Shown: positions 1 to 9,765, counted from the stretch's first letter. The stretch is 64,000 nucleotides of DNA from Ignavibacteriota bacterium (GCA_963843525.1 CAWJKM010000002.1:324669-388668), one strand, 5' to 3'. Numbers and translations: made by a program. The notes: generated by a model from the sequence alone, not told the origin.

Positions 1-1
1 G

Positions 2-1042
2 GAGAGCGCGCCCTTTGTTGTCACAGGATATCTAGGAGGTCGTTTTCATGATTTCGAATCCTACCGGTTCGACCAGCTCTCGGAGGTGAACTATAGCTTC
101 GTGCGCCTCCACGGTGATCGTCTCGGGGGACGCGGAGAACGAGCCGGCACCGCAATCGCCCGGCTGGTCTCCCTGAAACAACAGTTCCCAGGGCTGAAGG
201 TCGTGGTGTCGTTCGGCGGATGGGGAGGATGCGAGAGCTGTTCGGAAATCTTTTCGACTGCGGCCGGCCGGACCGCGTTCGCCGACTCGACGAAAGAATT
301 CCTGGAGCGGTTCGGACTCGACGGGATCGATCTGGACTGGGAATTCCCCGCCATCGAAGGATATCCCGGGCACCGCTACGCACCCGAGGATCGCCATAAT
401 TTCACCCTCCTCGTTCGAGAACTCCGGCGGGTCCTGGGAAATCGCTACGAACTCACCTTTGCCGCCGGAGCGTTCGATCAATATCTCACACAATCCGTGG
501 AATGGGATCAGATAGTCCCGCTCGTCGACAGAATCAATCTGATGACCTATGATCTTGTCAACGGATTCAGCACCAGGACGGGACATCAGACCCCTCTCTA
601 TTCCACGAAGTCCCAGAATGCATCCACAGATCACGCTGTGAAAGTTCTCGACTCCATCGGCGTGCCAAGAGGAAAGATCGTTATTGGAGCAGCATTCTAC
701 GCCCGCGTCTGGAAGGACGTGCCGGGGGTGAATAACGGTCTCTACCAACCGGGCACGTTTGATAATTTTGTCACCTTCAGGGACATGGATTCATACTGGA
801 AATCTCATCCGGGATTCGTTTCGTACTGGGATTCAACTGCCCATGCGCCGTACGCGTACAACGCAGCGGAAAAACTCTTCGCGACGTTCGATGATCGCCG
901 GTCCGTTTCCGAAAAAACCGCTTATGCCCTCAGGGAAGGACTGGGCGGGATCATGTTCTGGGAACTTTCCGGCGATATTGCCAAAGATGGATTGCTCCAC
1001 TCGATTGACTCCACCCGGATCGCTGGTTCGCGTCCCCGCTGA
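2..1042 (+). CDS. Glycoside hydrolase family 18 chitinase, 5'-truncated by window edge
   Basis: The reading frame is open from nt 2. GH18 catalytic motif DGIDLDWEFP (DxxDxDxE) is present, with chitinase-like flanks VVSFGGWGG and LMTYDL. Confidence 0.85.
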   Translation, partial: ESAPFVVTGYLGGRFHDFESYRFDQLSEVNYSFVRLHGDRLGGRGERAGTAIARLVSLKQQFPGLKVVVSFGGWGGCESCSEIFSTAAGRTAFADSTKEFLERFGLDGIDLDWEFPAIEGYPGHRYAPEDRHNFTLLVRELRRVLGNRYELTFAAGAFDQYLTQSVEWDQIVPLVDRINLMTYDLVNGFSTRTGHQTPLYSTKSQNASTDHAVKVLDSIGVPRGKIVIGAAFYARVWKDVPGVNNGLYQPGTFDNFVTFRDMDSYWKSHPGFVSYWDSTAHAPYAYNAAEKLFATFDDRRSVSEKTAYALREGLGGIMFWELSGDIAKDGLLHSIDSTRIAGSRPR

Positions 1043-1365
1043 CAACGGTCTGGTCCACCTGTCGCGACCTCTGGAACCTTGCGGTAGAAATGCGGGAGAA
1101 TCCCCGAGAAGTGCGGGGGGAGACGATTCCGGCGTAACCCTTCTGTTTTCCCCTCCCCACACCTTCCAAACCCCTCGATGCAACTCTTTTTGGACGAATA
1201 TTTGTTCAAGAAGTGGCACGAGACTTGACCTCACCACACCGGCATCAACGGGGTGAGTCGAGGACAGAACGACCGGATCAGTGGGGTTGGGGCTGATGCG
1301 ATGGAACTGTTTTCGATTGCTCTCGATTGTCCACGCATCATTCATTTTAAGAGGGGATCTGTACG

Positions 1366-3351
1366 ATGAGGACACTATTCCGATTTGCATCGCTCCTGGG
1401 GTTCATGGCTGTTGTAGGTCTGACGTTTGCCCAGCCGTCAATGGTACCACCAACGCCGACCGGCCTTCAGGCGAACCTTGAGCTCCGGGGAATGTACTCG
1501 TTCGTCGAGCTGAAATGGACAGTTCCCATGGGCCCGCTGTTCTTCCGTGTGTACCGTTCAGTGGACGATTCGATGAAGTTCTCTCCGCTGACGGTTTCGA
1601 ACGAACGCTCGTTCAATGATTTTCTGGTGAGCCCCGGGCACACCTACTATTATTATGTCACCTCTCTCATGCTCACAAATGGAAGCACACTGGAGAGTTC
1701 TCCGAGCGAGACCGTGAAAATTGATTTCGGCCCCGGGACTTCGCGTCCCCACGGTCTGGTCGAAGGGACGGTCGTCGATAGTGTGACCGGGAGTCCCATC
1801 CCGTTTGTGCGGATAATCTTCTACCGGTACCTGCCGATGTCCATGAGGCCGATGATCCCCATTATTCCGATCCCGCTTGCCGCGTGGACAGATTCCTGGG
1901 GCACTATCAGGCGGTCCTGGATACCGGTCTCTATTATATTCATGCCGTCCCCTGGCTCAGCAGCTACCGTTACTCCACACTACCTCCCGGAATGGTACAA
2001 AGATGCGAGGACGCCGGCCACGGCAACTGCTGTCGATGTCGCTGAAAGCACCTCGGTCACGGCGAACTTCGACCTCGAGCAACCTGTTCCGCTGGTGAAA
2101 GTGCACCTGAGCGGAACCGTCCGCGATTCGTCGGGGAACCCGCTGAATCATACGCTTGTCGTCGTGCTCCGTTCGCTCCAGGATTTCCGTGCCGATGTCT
2201 CCATGGGCAATCTGCGGCCTGAAGATGCTGCCGGACTCGATGTTGATGATTGTGGATATATGCGCGGTGTCGTGTGGGCTGGATTGACCGACACGATGGG
2301 TCAGTATACGGCAAATGTCCTTTCGGGCAGGCCGTACGTTGTTGCCGCAATAAAGAAGTTCTACCTCCCGCAATTCTATAACGGGAAATCCACACCACAG
2401 GACGCGGACGTCCTGGTCCTGAGCGGGGACACCACGGGGATCGATTTCAGCCTGAGCCTGATCCCGGTGATCAACAACAGCGTGGCGGGGATGGTGAAAG
2501 ACTCGGCGGGAGCCGGCGTGCAATCGCGGGTCATGTTGATCCCTCTCCGACCGCACTCGGCGGGGCTCTCCGTCCGATTTACCAATACGGATTCGACGGG
2601 CATCTACACGTTCGGCCATGTGCCCGGCGGGAAGTATATCGCGTTGGCCATCCCGTACGACAACTTTGCCCCGGCGTTCTATAAGGCGGGCGAATTCGGT
2701 GTGATTCACTGGAAAGATGCCGATACGATCCAGGTGGCAGGGACAGTGGCAGGGATAGATATCGGTGTTGTGCCGGTCTCCTCCAACGGGATGATCACGG
2801 TCCACGGAAGAGTGCTTTCGAGCACCATGGCGCCGATCGAGGGTGCAAACGTGTTCCTGATCGACGCACAAGGAGCGATAGCCGGATATGGAGTATCCAC
2901 CTCTTCCGGCTCGTACGCCATTTCCATGGTGGCCTCCGGCTCGTACTCACTCGTCGCCGACGCCGACGGATACAATTCGTCAACGACGGACGTCCCGGTG
3001 AGCGGGAGCAGCTTCGATGTGCCGCTTTCCGACGTGACGATGAGTCCCGACGTGGCAACCGGCGTAGAGACCGGCGCAACTTCACCAACGTCGTTCCGTC
3101 TCGATCAAAACTATCCGAACCCGTTTAATCCGACCACCGTCATCCAGTACGCGCTCCCGAGCGCAGCCAGAGTAACCTTGAAGGTATACAATGTGCTCGG
3201 TCAGGAAGTCGCCACTCTGGCGAACGGAGTGCAAGCGGCGGGGACATATCATGCAGTTCTCGATGCAAAGGGGCTGGCTTCGGGCGTGTACATCTATCGG
3301 CTGGAAGCCGGTTCGTTCATGGCCACGAAGCAGATGGTGCTGTTGAAGTAA
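1366..3351 (+). CDS. Secreted T9SS cargo protein with repeated carboxypeptidase-regulatory-like (CarbopepD_reg) beta-sandwich domains and C-terminal Por/T9SS sorting domain
   Basis: N-terminal signal peptide [23 protein letters not shown]. Repeated G(T/R)VxDSxxGxP motifs. C-terminus [17 protein letters not shown]...[12 protein letters not shown]...[10 protein letters not shown] is a type-A T9SS CTD. Confidence 0.8.
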   Translation: MRTLFRFASLLGFMAVVGLTFAQPSMVPPTPTGLQANLELRGMYSFVELKWTVPMGPLFFRVYRSVDDSMKFSPLTVSNERSFNDFLVSPGHTYYYYVTSLMLTNGSTLESSPSETVKIDFGPGTSRPHGLVEGTVVDSVTGSPIPFVRIIFYRYLPMSMRPMIPIIPIPLAAWTDSWGTIRRSWIPVSIIFMPSPGSAATVTPHYLPEWYKDARTPATATAVDVAESTSVTANFDLEQPVPLVKVHLSGTVRDSSGNPLNHTLVVVLRSLQDFRADVSMGNLRPEDAAGLDVDDCGYMRGVVWAGLTDTMGQYTANVLSGRPYVVAAIKKFYLPQFYNGKSTPQDADVLVLSGDTTGIDFSLSLIPVINNSVAGMVKDSAGAGVQSRVMLIPLRPHSAGLSVRFTNTDSTGIYTFGHVPGGKYIALAIPYDNFAPAFYKAGEFGVIHWKDADTIQVAGTVAGIDIGVVPVSSNGMITVHGRVLSSTMAPIEGANVFLIDAQGAIAGYGVSTSSGSYAISMVASGSYSLVADADGYNSSTTDVPVSGSSFDVPLSDVTMSPDVATGVETGATSPTSFRLDQNYPNPFNPTTVIQYALPSAARVTLKVYNVLGQEVATLANGVQAAGTYHAVLDAKGLASGVYIYRLEAGSFMATKQMVLLK

Positions 3352-3446
3352 AGGTTCTTATTCGTTGTCGATGGTGGGACCAAGCGGGGCGGTCGCCTGT
3401 ACCTGGCGCCGCCCCGCCTTGCGATCTTCCCCACTCGCTTTCTCCC

Positions 3447-3532
3447 AGTCCCCAAGTCTCCCAGTCCCCGAGTCCCCGAGTCTCCCAGTCTCCCCTTCTC
3501 CCCTTCTCCTCTTCTCCCCCTCCCCCCACCCT
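3447..3532. repeat. Intergenic polypyrimidine (C/T-only) tract built from degenerate tandem CCCAGTCTC / CCCGAGTC / CCCCTTCTC units
   Basis: Read directly: tctcccagtccccaagtctcccagtccccgagtccccgagtctcccagtctccccttctccccttctcctcttctccccctcccccc. It lies about 80-160 nt upstream of the first htrA-like start (3611). Confidence 0.6.
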
Positions 3533-3610
3533 GGCCATTCGGCTGATGTCCACACTCGCCCGATGTCGTACATTGCCTTCCACATATATCAAATACCGGA
3601 GAAATACATC

Positions 3611-4531
3611 ATGACAGAAAAGGAATCCGCTCTTTCCGTGCTTTCGAACGATATCGCCGATCTGGTGGACAGGATCTCCCCGCACGTTGTGGCTGTCCAG
3701 GCGCGCCGGAGCTTCTACTCCAGCGGTGTTGTCTGGCGTGAAGGGATCATCGTGTCAGCTGCCCATACAATTCGCCGTGAGGAGGACATTTCCGTAACAT
3801 TCGGAGTCGCGGAACAAGCGAAGGCAAAACTTGTTGGAAAAGATGCAGGGACCGATCTTGCGGTCCTTGCGGTTGACCGTTCGGACATTCGACCGGTCAC
3901 AAGCGCAGGAAGTGAAAATCCCCGGTTGGGGGATATTGCACTCATTGTGGGCAGGTCACCCAATAGCGGCCCGAACGCGAGTTTTGGAATCGTGAGCGCC
4001 GTTTCCGGGCCATGGCGCACCTGGAGGGGGGGACAGATGGATCAATACATCCGACTGGATGCCGCGCTCTTTGCGGGATCGTCGGGTGGAGCGGTCGTCG
4101 ACCAGACCGGGCGGGTACTGGGTATTGCGACAAATGTGCTTTCGCGCGTTGCCGGACTCGCCATTCCAGCAGCAACGATCGACCGTGTTGTTGCTCTTGT
4201 TCTGAAGAAAGGGGGAGTCCCGACCGCATATCTGGGAATTGGATTGCATCCGGTGCCCATCCCGGAATCGATGCAGCAAAAACTCTCTGTGAAAGACTCC
4301 CGGGGGCTCATGATTCTGGCTGTGGAATCCGGAAGCCCCGCCGAACATGCCGCATTACTGATCGGCGATATTATTCTGGCATTGGACGGAGTGGGGATCG
4401 ATGACCTTGAAAACGTCCAGTCGCTTCTTGGTCCAGACCGGATCGGCTCACCGGTCCGCGCGAAGATTGTCCGGGGAGGCGAACTGAAGGAAATTACCGT
4501 TGTTCCCGCCGAACGGAGAAGCGTGCAATGA
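3611..4531 (+). CDS. Trypsin-like serine protease (S1C, HtrA/DegP-like) with C-terminal PDZ domain; no signal peptide
   Basis: Catalytic triad motifs AAHTI (His), TDLAVL (Asp) and GSSGGAV (Ser). PDZ-like segment LIGDIILALDGVGIDDLENVQSLL. ATG at 3611 is preceded by GGAGAAA. The ORF-track start at 3365 would add a low-complexity P/S-rich extension that overlaps the CT repeat. Confidence 0.85.
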   Translation: MTEKESALSVLSNDIADLVDRISPHVVAVQARRSFYSSGVVWREGIIVSAAHTIRREEDISVTFGVAEQAKAKLVGKDAGTDLAVLAVDRSDIRPVTSAGSENPRLGDIALIVGRSPNSGPNASFGIVSAVSGPWRTWRGGQMDQYIRLDAALFAGSSGGAVVDQTGRVLGIATNVLSRVAGLAIPAATIDRVVALVLKKGGVPTAYLGIGLHPVPIPESMQQKLSVKDSRGLMILAVESGSPAEHAALLIGDIILALDGVGIDDLENVQSLLGPDRIGSPVRAKIVRGGELKEITVVPAERRSVQ

Positions 4532-5382
4532 ATCCGAGAGAAGGGTTGGGTGAGGTCATTGAGCGGCTCCGCCGTTCGACAGTCGTGGTGCGTGAGTCAA
4601 AGAGAGGATCAGGCTCGGGTGTTGTGGTGGATTCCTCGGGACTGATTGTCACCAACGCCCATGTCGCCGTAAATGCAAATCCTCTGGTGGAACTGTGGGA
4701 TGGGTCGAAGGCGAAGGCGATCCTGAGGGCCCGGAACGCGGAACAGGACCTCGCGATATTACAGGTGGACGATGAAAATCTTCCCGCTGTGAAGTTTGGC
4801 GACCCGGGGGCTATTCGAAGCGGAGAACTCGTCATTGCGGTAGGAAACCCGTTTGGGTTCGTCGGCGCCGTGACAACCGGGGTCGTTCACGCCGTTGGAC
4901 CGATGAGAGGATTGGGAAAACGGAACTGGGTCCAAAGCGCCGTTCGATTGGCGCCGGGAAATTCCGGAGGACCGCTTGCGAATGCCCGCGGAGAGATTGT
5001 GGGCGTGAACACCATGCTCGCCGGCGGGCTCGCTCTCGCAATTCCTGCCCCCGAAGTCCTCGAATTCGTGACCGCCTGGAGCAGAGGTTCTTCTCTCGGC
5101 ATCATAGGACGTCAGGTACCCATCACCGTGAACGGCAAACTCCAGGCAGGTGTCGTGATTATGGAAATCGTCAAGGGGAGCTCTGCAGAACTCGCCGCAC
5201 TCCTTCCGGGGGACATCATCGTGGGTCTCGACGGTCAACCGCTGTATTCGAAAGAACATCTCGAGCAACACGTGCAGGGCTCCGAGGGACAGATTTTGCG
5301 GCTGCAGTTTGTCCGGGGAGACCGGTGCCATATCCGAAGTGTCGCAGTTGTACCACGATCCCGGAGGAGCCGGGCCGCATGA
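4528..5382 (+). CDS. Second trypsin-like serine protease (S1C) with PDZ domain; no signal peptide
   Basis: Motifs TNAHV, DLAILQVD, GNSGGPL. PDZ-like segment LLPGDIIVGLDGQPL. ATGA start/stop overlap with the upstream paralog indicates translational coupling. Confidence 0.85.
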   Translation: MNPREGLGEVIERLRRSTVVVRESKRGSGSGVVVDSSGLIVTNAHVAVNANPLVELWDGSKAKAILRARNAEQDLAILQVDDENLPAVKFGDPGAIRSGELVIAVGNPFGFVGAVTTGVVHAVGPMRGLGKRNWVQSAVRLAPGNSGGPLANARGEIVGVNTMLAGGLALAIPAPEVLEFVTAWSRGSSLGIIGRQVPITVNGKLQAGVVIMEIVKGSSAELAALLPGDIIVGLDGQPLYSKEHLEQHVQGSEGQILRLQFVRGDRCHIRSVAVVPRSRRSRAA

Positions 5383-5496
5383 TCCGTGTTGCCATCGAAA
5401 CGAAATCCCCATTTGCGAAAGCTGCAATCACGCGATTGCTCTCCGGCGCTGCCGGGATCGAAATAGTCTGCTTCGGCCAGGGGACATCAGGAGGAG

Positions 5497-6006
5497 ATGA
5501 GTTTCGGGGGAGAATCAGAAGAAGCGGACGTCATCGTAGCGGGAGTAGAGGAGGATGCGGGATGGGAGACAGTCCTCGACATGGCCGGACGGTTGCCCGT
5601 CATCCTCCTTATGGAGGGACTCTCTCTTCTGGAAATCGATGAGGCCCTGCGCAGCGGAGCCGGTGCGATTCTTCCGCTCACCGTGGACGGTGAATCGCTC
5701 ATTGCCGCGATCGTCGCCGTGAATGCAGGATTGATTGTGCTCCCCCGCGGGATGGTGGAAACTGAGAGCATTGGCCAGCACAACGCGCCCTTTTCAAGGG
5801 AGACCGTAGAGGCGCTCACAACCCGCGAACGGGAAGTGTTGGGGATTATCGCAGAAGGATTGTCCAATAAACAAATTGCCGACCGGCTGCAAATATCCGA
5901 TCACACCGTCAAGTTCCATGTGGCGTCGATACTGGGAAAACTCGGTGTCTCGAGCCGGACAGAAGCGGTCACGGCGGCGATTAAGCAGGGTATCCTGATG
6001 CTCTGA
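5497..6006 (+). CDS. LuxR/NarL-family transcriptional regulator (C-terminal HTH); N-terminal degenerate receiver. Probably a longer gene starting at 5379 that is interrupted by a frameshift
   Basis: C-terminal TTREREVLGIIAEGLSNKQIADRLQISDHTVKFHVASILGKLGVSSRTEA is a canonical LuxR HTH. Upstream in another frame, ATG 5379 (RBS GGAGGAG, ATGA overlap with the protease stop) encodes MIRVAIETKSPFAKAAITRLLSGAAGIEIVCFGQ, a receiver-like N-terminus. Removing one G from the G5 run at 5506-5510 fuses the two frames. Confidence 0.7.
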   Translation: MSFGGESEEADVIVAGVEEDAGWETVLDMAGRLPVILLMEGLSLLEIDEALRSGAGAILPLTVDGESLIAAIVAVNAGLIVLPRGMVETESIGQHNAPFSRETVEALTTREREVLGIIAEGLSNKQIADRLQISDHTVKFHVASILGKLGVSSRTEAVTAAIKQGILML

Positions 6007-6065
6007 CGTCTCGCGGCGTTCCTCAGGAAAGCGCAGTCTCGGAAGAGTTCTCTCCCAACCCCTCG

Positions 6066-7484
6066 TTATCGTATCAGGACCAGCGGATGAACGGTCGATG
6101 AAAGTCTTTCTCCCGATGGGCCCTCATTCTTTGCGGTTACCTTGCAGAAGTAGACGCCGCTGGCGTGCCCAGCCGCGTTCCAGGTCACCGCGTGCACACC
6201 TGCCTCCACGAATCCCTCCGACAGCGTTTCGATCTCCCTCCCGAGAACGTCGTACACGCGGACAGTGACATAGGCGGTCCCTTGCAGGATATAGCGCACC
6301 GTTGTTGAGGGATTGAACGGATTAGGATAGTTGCTGACGACGGGTGAACCTCCGGGGTTGGCCCCCGATCCCGGGGCTGCCGCTATCGCAGTAATAAAAT
6401 AGGCTCTCTTGAGATCTAGGATCCGGTTGTAAGCCTCGTCAATACGTGCTTCCGCGATAGCGCCGCTGTGGACACCCGTTTCGATCGTGTCGATGAGCTG
6501 GCGGCAGAGAGACATCCCGTTCTTTATGTCACTGACAAAGAGAAGAATGTCGACTCCCGCATTGACGGCCAGGATCGCCGTTTGTCCAAAGCCGAAATTG
6601 TCGGTGATGGCCTTCATGTTGTAAAAGTCATCCGAGATCACTACCCCACTGTAGCCGATGGAGTCGCGCAGAAGTCCGGTTACGGTGTTTTTCGAAAGGG
6701 AGGATGGATAGACACTGTCCCGATGCGCATTGAACAGATGTCCTACCATGACCATGTCCAGACTGTTCGACGCCAGCAACGTCCGGTAAGGGAGCAGCTC
6801 CGAATCGGCCCATGTGTTTGTGATGTCAGGGAGGGTAAGGTGCGAATCGGTTCCGGCACTTCCGTGGCCGGGGAAATGCTTCACACACGTAATGAGCTTG
6901 CGCTCGTGGAATGCGTCCAGAAAGCGCTGGGCATGCGCTGCGACCACAGCGGGGTTGGAAGAAAAACTTCTTCCCAGAGCGCCGATCGCCGGACTTGAAG
7001 GGTTCACGTCGACATCCACGACGGGAGCAAGATCCACCGACATTCCTGCATCGCTCATCCACCCGGCCATCCTTGTGGCCTGGGCCGAGGTCGAATCCAG
7101 TGAGGCGAAGTATGATCCCAGTTGATACTCGGTATAGGTCTTCGCGTATCCGTTATTCAGGTTCAGTCGCGCAACAAGTCCGCCCTCCTGATCGGTGGCA
7201 ATGAACGGGGGTGTCGTTGCCGCACTGTTGATGGAAGCCGTGAGCTGGCGGATTTGCTGTGGAGACAGGCAATTGCCACCCATCAAAATAACCCCACCGA
7301 GGTTTCGGGTTGCGAGATCGGTCCGGATCGTGTCGTCGAGCGTCGAGCCGGAAAACCCCAACATGAGCATCTGCCCGATCTTGTCCCGAAGGGAGACCTG
7401 ACCATACAGTATTGAAGGCGGTGTGCCTGCAAGATATGCGATAAGAAAAAGAAGGCGGAAAAAAACGGTAGATCGTCGGCTCAT
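6066..7484 (-). CDS. Glycoside hydrolase family 3 beta-N-acetylhexosaminidase (NagZ-like) with C-terminal T9SS sorting domain
   Basis: GH3 motifs KHFPGHG and VMVGH. Signal peptide MSRRSTVFFRLLFLIAYLAG. C-terminal [16 protein letters not shown]...VYDVLGREIETL...GVYFCKV is a T9SS CTD. Start chosen at ATG 7484; the ORF-track 7577 start adds 31 aa before the signal peptide. Confidence 0.85.
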   Translation of the reverse strand: MSRRSTVFFRLLFLIAYLAGTPPSILYGQVSLRDKIGQMLMLGFSGSTLDDTIRTDLATRNLGGVILMGGNCLSPQQIRQLTASINSAATTPPFIATDQEGGLVARLNLNNGYAKTYTEYQLGSYFASLDSTSAQATRMAGWMSDAGMSVDLAPVVDVDVNPSSPAIGALGRSFSSNPAVVAAHAQRFLDAFHERKLITCVKHFPGHGSAGTDSHLTLPDITNTWADSELLPYRTLLASNSLDMVMVGHLFNAHRDSVYPSSLSKNTVTGLLRDSIGYSGVVISDDFYNMKAITDNFGFGQTAILAVNAGVDILLFVSDIKNGMSLCRQLIDTIETGVHSGAIAEARIDEAYNRILDLKRAYFITAIAAAPGSGANPGGSPVVSNYPNPFNPSTTVRYILQGTAYVTVRVYDVLGREIETLSEGFVEAGVHAVTWNAAGHASGVYFCKVTAKNEGPSGERLSSTVHPLVLIR

Positions 7485-7643
7485 GGGATCCAAAGGGAAC
7501 GATTCGGAAAGGATGGTCTGGATGGGGATGTATTCAACATACGTCAGGATGGCGACTAAGTCAACCCATGGATTCAACGCAGATTTTCTCTACATTGCAG
7601 AACCATATCCTGTCGACCCCTCACGTCTCTTGATTACACGGCC

Positions 7644-9689
7644 ATGCGAACCTTCACAGTTAGTGCCACGATTTGCATCCTTTGCCTGATGTCCTTCACT
7701 GCAAACGCGCAGGAGATACTCGCTCGCCCGCCCGCCGTCCCGTTGATTACCACGGATCCGTATTTCAGCCTCTGGTCGTTTGCAGACCATCCCGGGGATG
7801 ATTACACCCGACACTGGACAGGCCGGACGATGTCCCTCTGCTCGATGGCACGGATTGACGGAAAAACGTACCGACTGGTCGGGAGAAATGTCTCAGAGAT
7901 ACCCGTCCTGCCACTCGTCGCCACGACAATCACGCCGACACAGACCAAATATGCGTTCAGCGGTGGAGGGGTTCACGTCACTCTGACCTTCACCGTGCCG
8001 CTACTTCCCGATTCGCTTGATCTTGTTTCCAGTTCAGTCGGGTATCTTACGTGGAAGGTCGCGTCGTCGGATCGGAAGGAGCACCACGTCCAGGTTTATG
8101 TCGACCATTCTGCCGAGTTGTGTTTGGACACACCGGGTGAAGAGGTGACCTGGGGGAGGGTGCAGATGAGTGGTCTGGATGTCCTCCGGATGGGGTCGGC
8201 GGCACAACCCGTGTTGAAGAGAAAGGGGGATGATCTCCGGATCGACTGGGGTTACTGCTATTGTGTTTCTCCGGCAACCCAGCATGCGGTCAGTGTTATC
8301 GGACCTGCGGAAAAGGTACGGCAGGAATTTCTCGCGAATGGAGGGCTTCCCCACGGCGATGATCTCAATGCGCCACGACCGGGGAATGAACGGTGGCCTG
8401 TGTCAGCCTATGTGCTGGGATTCACCCCTGTCGGTGATGCAGCACAGGAGGCCTTCGTCATGGTCGCATACGATGATATCTACAGTATTGAGTATTTCCA
8501 TCGGGCACTCCCGGCGTACTGGAAACGGGATGGACTCTCGACGAGCGACTTCCTCGTCCGGATGACAGGCGCGCACGGACGGATCCTTTCCGCCTGCGAT
8601 GAATTCGACCAGCGGCTGACGTCGGAGCTCACGCGCACGGGCGGGTCGACCTACGCTTCCATCGGCGCGCTTCTCTATCGCCAGGTTTTTGCTGCGCACA
8701 GGCTTGTTGCAGATATCGACGGGACGCCGATGCTCTTTCCGAAGGAAAACTTCAGCAACGGTTGCATCAGTACCGTCGATGTCATCTACCCTTCCGCTCC
8801 ATTCTTTCTCGCGCTGAATCCCAGGCTCCTTGAAGCCCTGATGACGCCGGTCCTCGAATATGCGAAAATGCCCCGATGGAAATTCCCTTTTGCTCCTCAT
8901 GACCTCGGCACCTATCCGAAAGCGAACGGGCAAGTGTACGGAGGAGGTGAACGCGACGAGCGGGATCAAATGCCGGTGGAAGAATCCGGGAACATGCTCA
9001 TCCTGACGTATGCCCTTTCCAGGAAGGAGGGGAGTGCGGCGTTTGCGCTGAAATACTGGGCCAGCCTTGAACAGTGGGCTCGATATCTGAAGGAAAAAGG
9101 TCTTGACCCGGAGAACCAGCTTTGCACGGATGACTTCACCGGTCATCTGGCACATAATACGAATCTTTCGATCAAAGCCATTGTGGCTCTGGGGAGTTAC
9201 GCTCGTCTCTGCGAGATGACAGGGAAGGGGGAAGAGGGGCGAGAATATCGCGAGCTTGCGAAGAAGTATGCCGCGCAATGGGAAAAGATGGCCGGGGATG
9301 GCGACCATTACCGATTGGCTTTTGATCGCCCGGGTACCTGGAGTATGAAGTACAACCTGATCTGGGATTCCCTTCTGGAGCTCGGGCTCTTTTCCCCGGG
9401 CGTCAGTGCCCGTGAACTTGCATATTATCGCACGAAGATGCAGAAATACGGGTTGCCGTTGGACAACCGTGCGGACTTCACCAAACCGGAGTGGATGATC
9501 TGGGTGGCGTCGATGTCGACCGACAGGGAGGAATTCTCAGCCTACGTCAATACGATCATGGCGTATCTCAATACAACACCCGACCGTGTTCCATTCAGCG
9601 ATTGGTACGATACAAAAACTGCGCGGAAGGAAGGATTCCAGGCGCGCAGCGTCGTTGGGGGAATGTTTATAAGACTGCTTATGAAGTAG
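7644..9689 (+). CDS. Secreted glutaminase-A-like multi-domain protein (DUF4965/DUF1793/DUF5127 family; putative glycoside hydrolase)
   Basis: Signal peptide ending ANAQE. The 681-aa length and composition match the fungal/bacterial glutaminase A-like family. Family assignment is from memory of the architecture, not from a search. Confidence 0.65.
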   Translation: MRTFTVSATICILCLMSFTANAQEILARPPAVPLITTDPYFSLWSFADHPGDDYTRHWTGRTMSLCSMARIDGKTYRLVGRNVSEIPVLPLVATTITPTQTKYAFSGGGVHVTLTFTVPLLPDSLDLVSSSVGYLTWKVASSDRKEHHVQVYVDHSAELCLDTPGEEVTWGRVQMSGLDVLRMGSAAQPVLKRKGDDLRIDWGYCYCVSPATQHAVSVIGPAEKVRQEFLANGGLPHGDDLNAPRPGNERWPVSAYVLGFTPVGDAAQEAFVMVAYDDIYSIEYFHRALPAYWKRDGLSTSDFLVRMTGAHGRILSACDEFDQRLTSELTRTGGSTYASIGALLYRQVFAAHRLVADIDGTPMLFPKENFSNGCISTVDVIYPSAPFFLALNPRLLEALMTPVLEYAKMPRWKFPFAPHDLGTYPKANGQVYGGGERDERDQMPVEESGNMLILTYALSRKEGSAAFALKYWASLEQWARYLKEKGLDPENQLCTDDFTGHLAHNTNLSIKAIVALGSYARLCEMTGKGEEGREYRELAKKYAAQWEKMAGDGDHYRLAFDRPGTWSMKYNLIWDSLLELGLFSPGVSARELAYYRTKMQKYGLPLDNRADFTKPEWMIWVASMSTDREEFSAYVNTIMAYLNTTPDRVPFSDWYDTKTARKEGFQARSVVGGMFIRLLMK

Positions 9690-9765
9690 ACAGGGGACAG
9701 GGGACAGCATCGAGTGGCAGGAGATCTTTTGGCCACTCGCGGCTGGCTGACAGCACCGGCCGCTC

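Noticed and set aside
1957-2871. 304-aa minus-strand ORF antisense to the T9SS cargo gene
   Set aside because: Arg/His/Asp-rich composition typical of antisense frames in high-GC coding DNA. No motifs.
3365-3610. ORF-track N-terminal extension of the first protease (MSMVGPSGAV...SPSLPVPESPSLPV...)
   Set aside because: It is a low-complexity translation of the CT-repeat tract. A good RBS plus ATG at 3611 starts the conserved protease domain.
5325-5642. 105-aa ORF treated as an independent gene
   Set aside because: Only its first about 40 residues (from ATG 5379) look protein-like. The rest is R/G-rich out-of-frame read-through of the LuxR gene. It is interpreted as the N-terminal part of the frameshifted regulator.
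9690-9765. Possible terminator between the convergent glutaminase-like and TM2 genes (gacaggggacaggggacag repeat, gcggc...gccgc stem)
   Set aside because: It is only a 5-bp stem with a 15-nt loop and no U-tract. Too weak to call.
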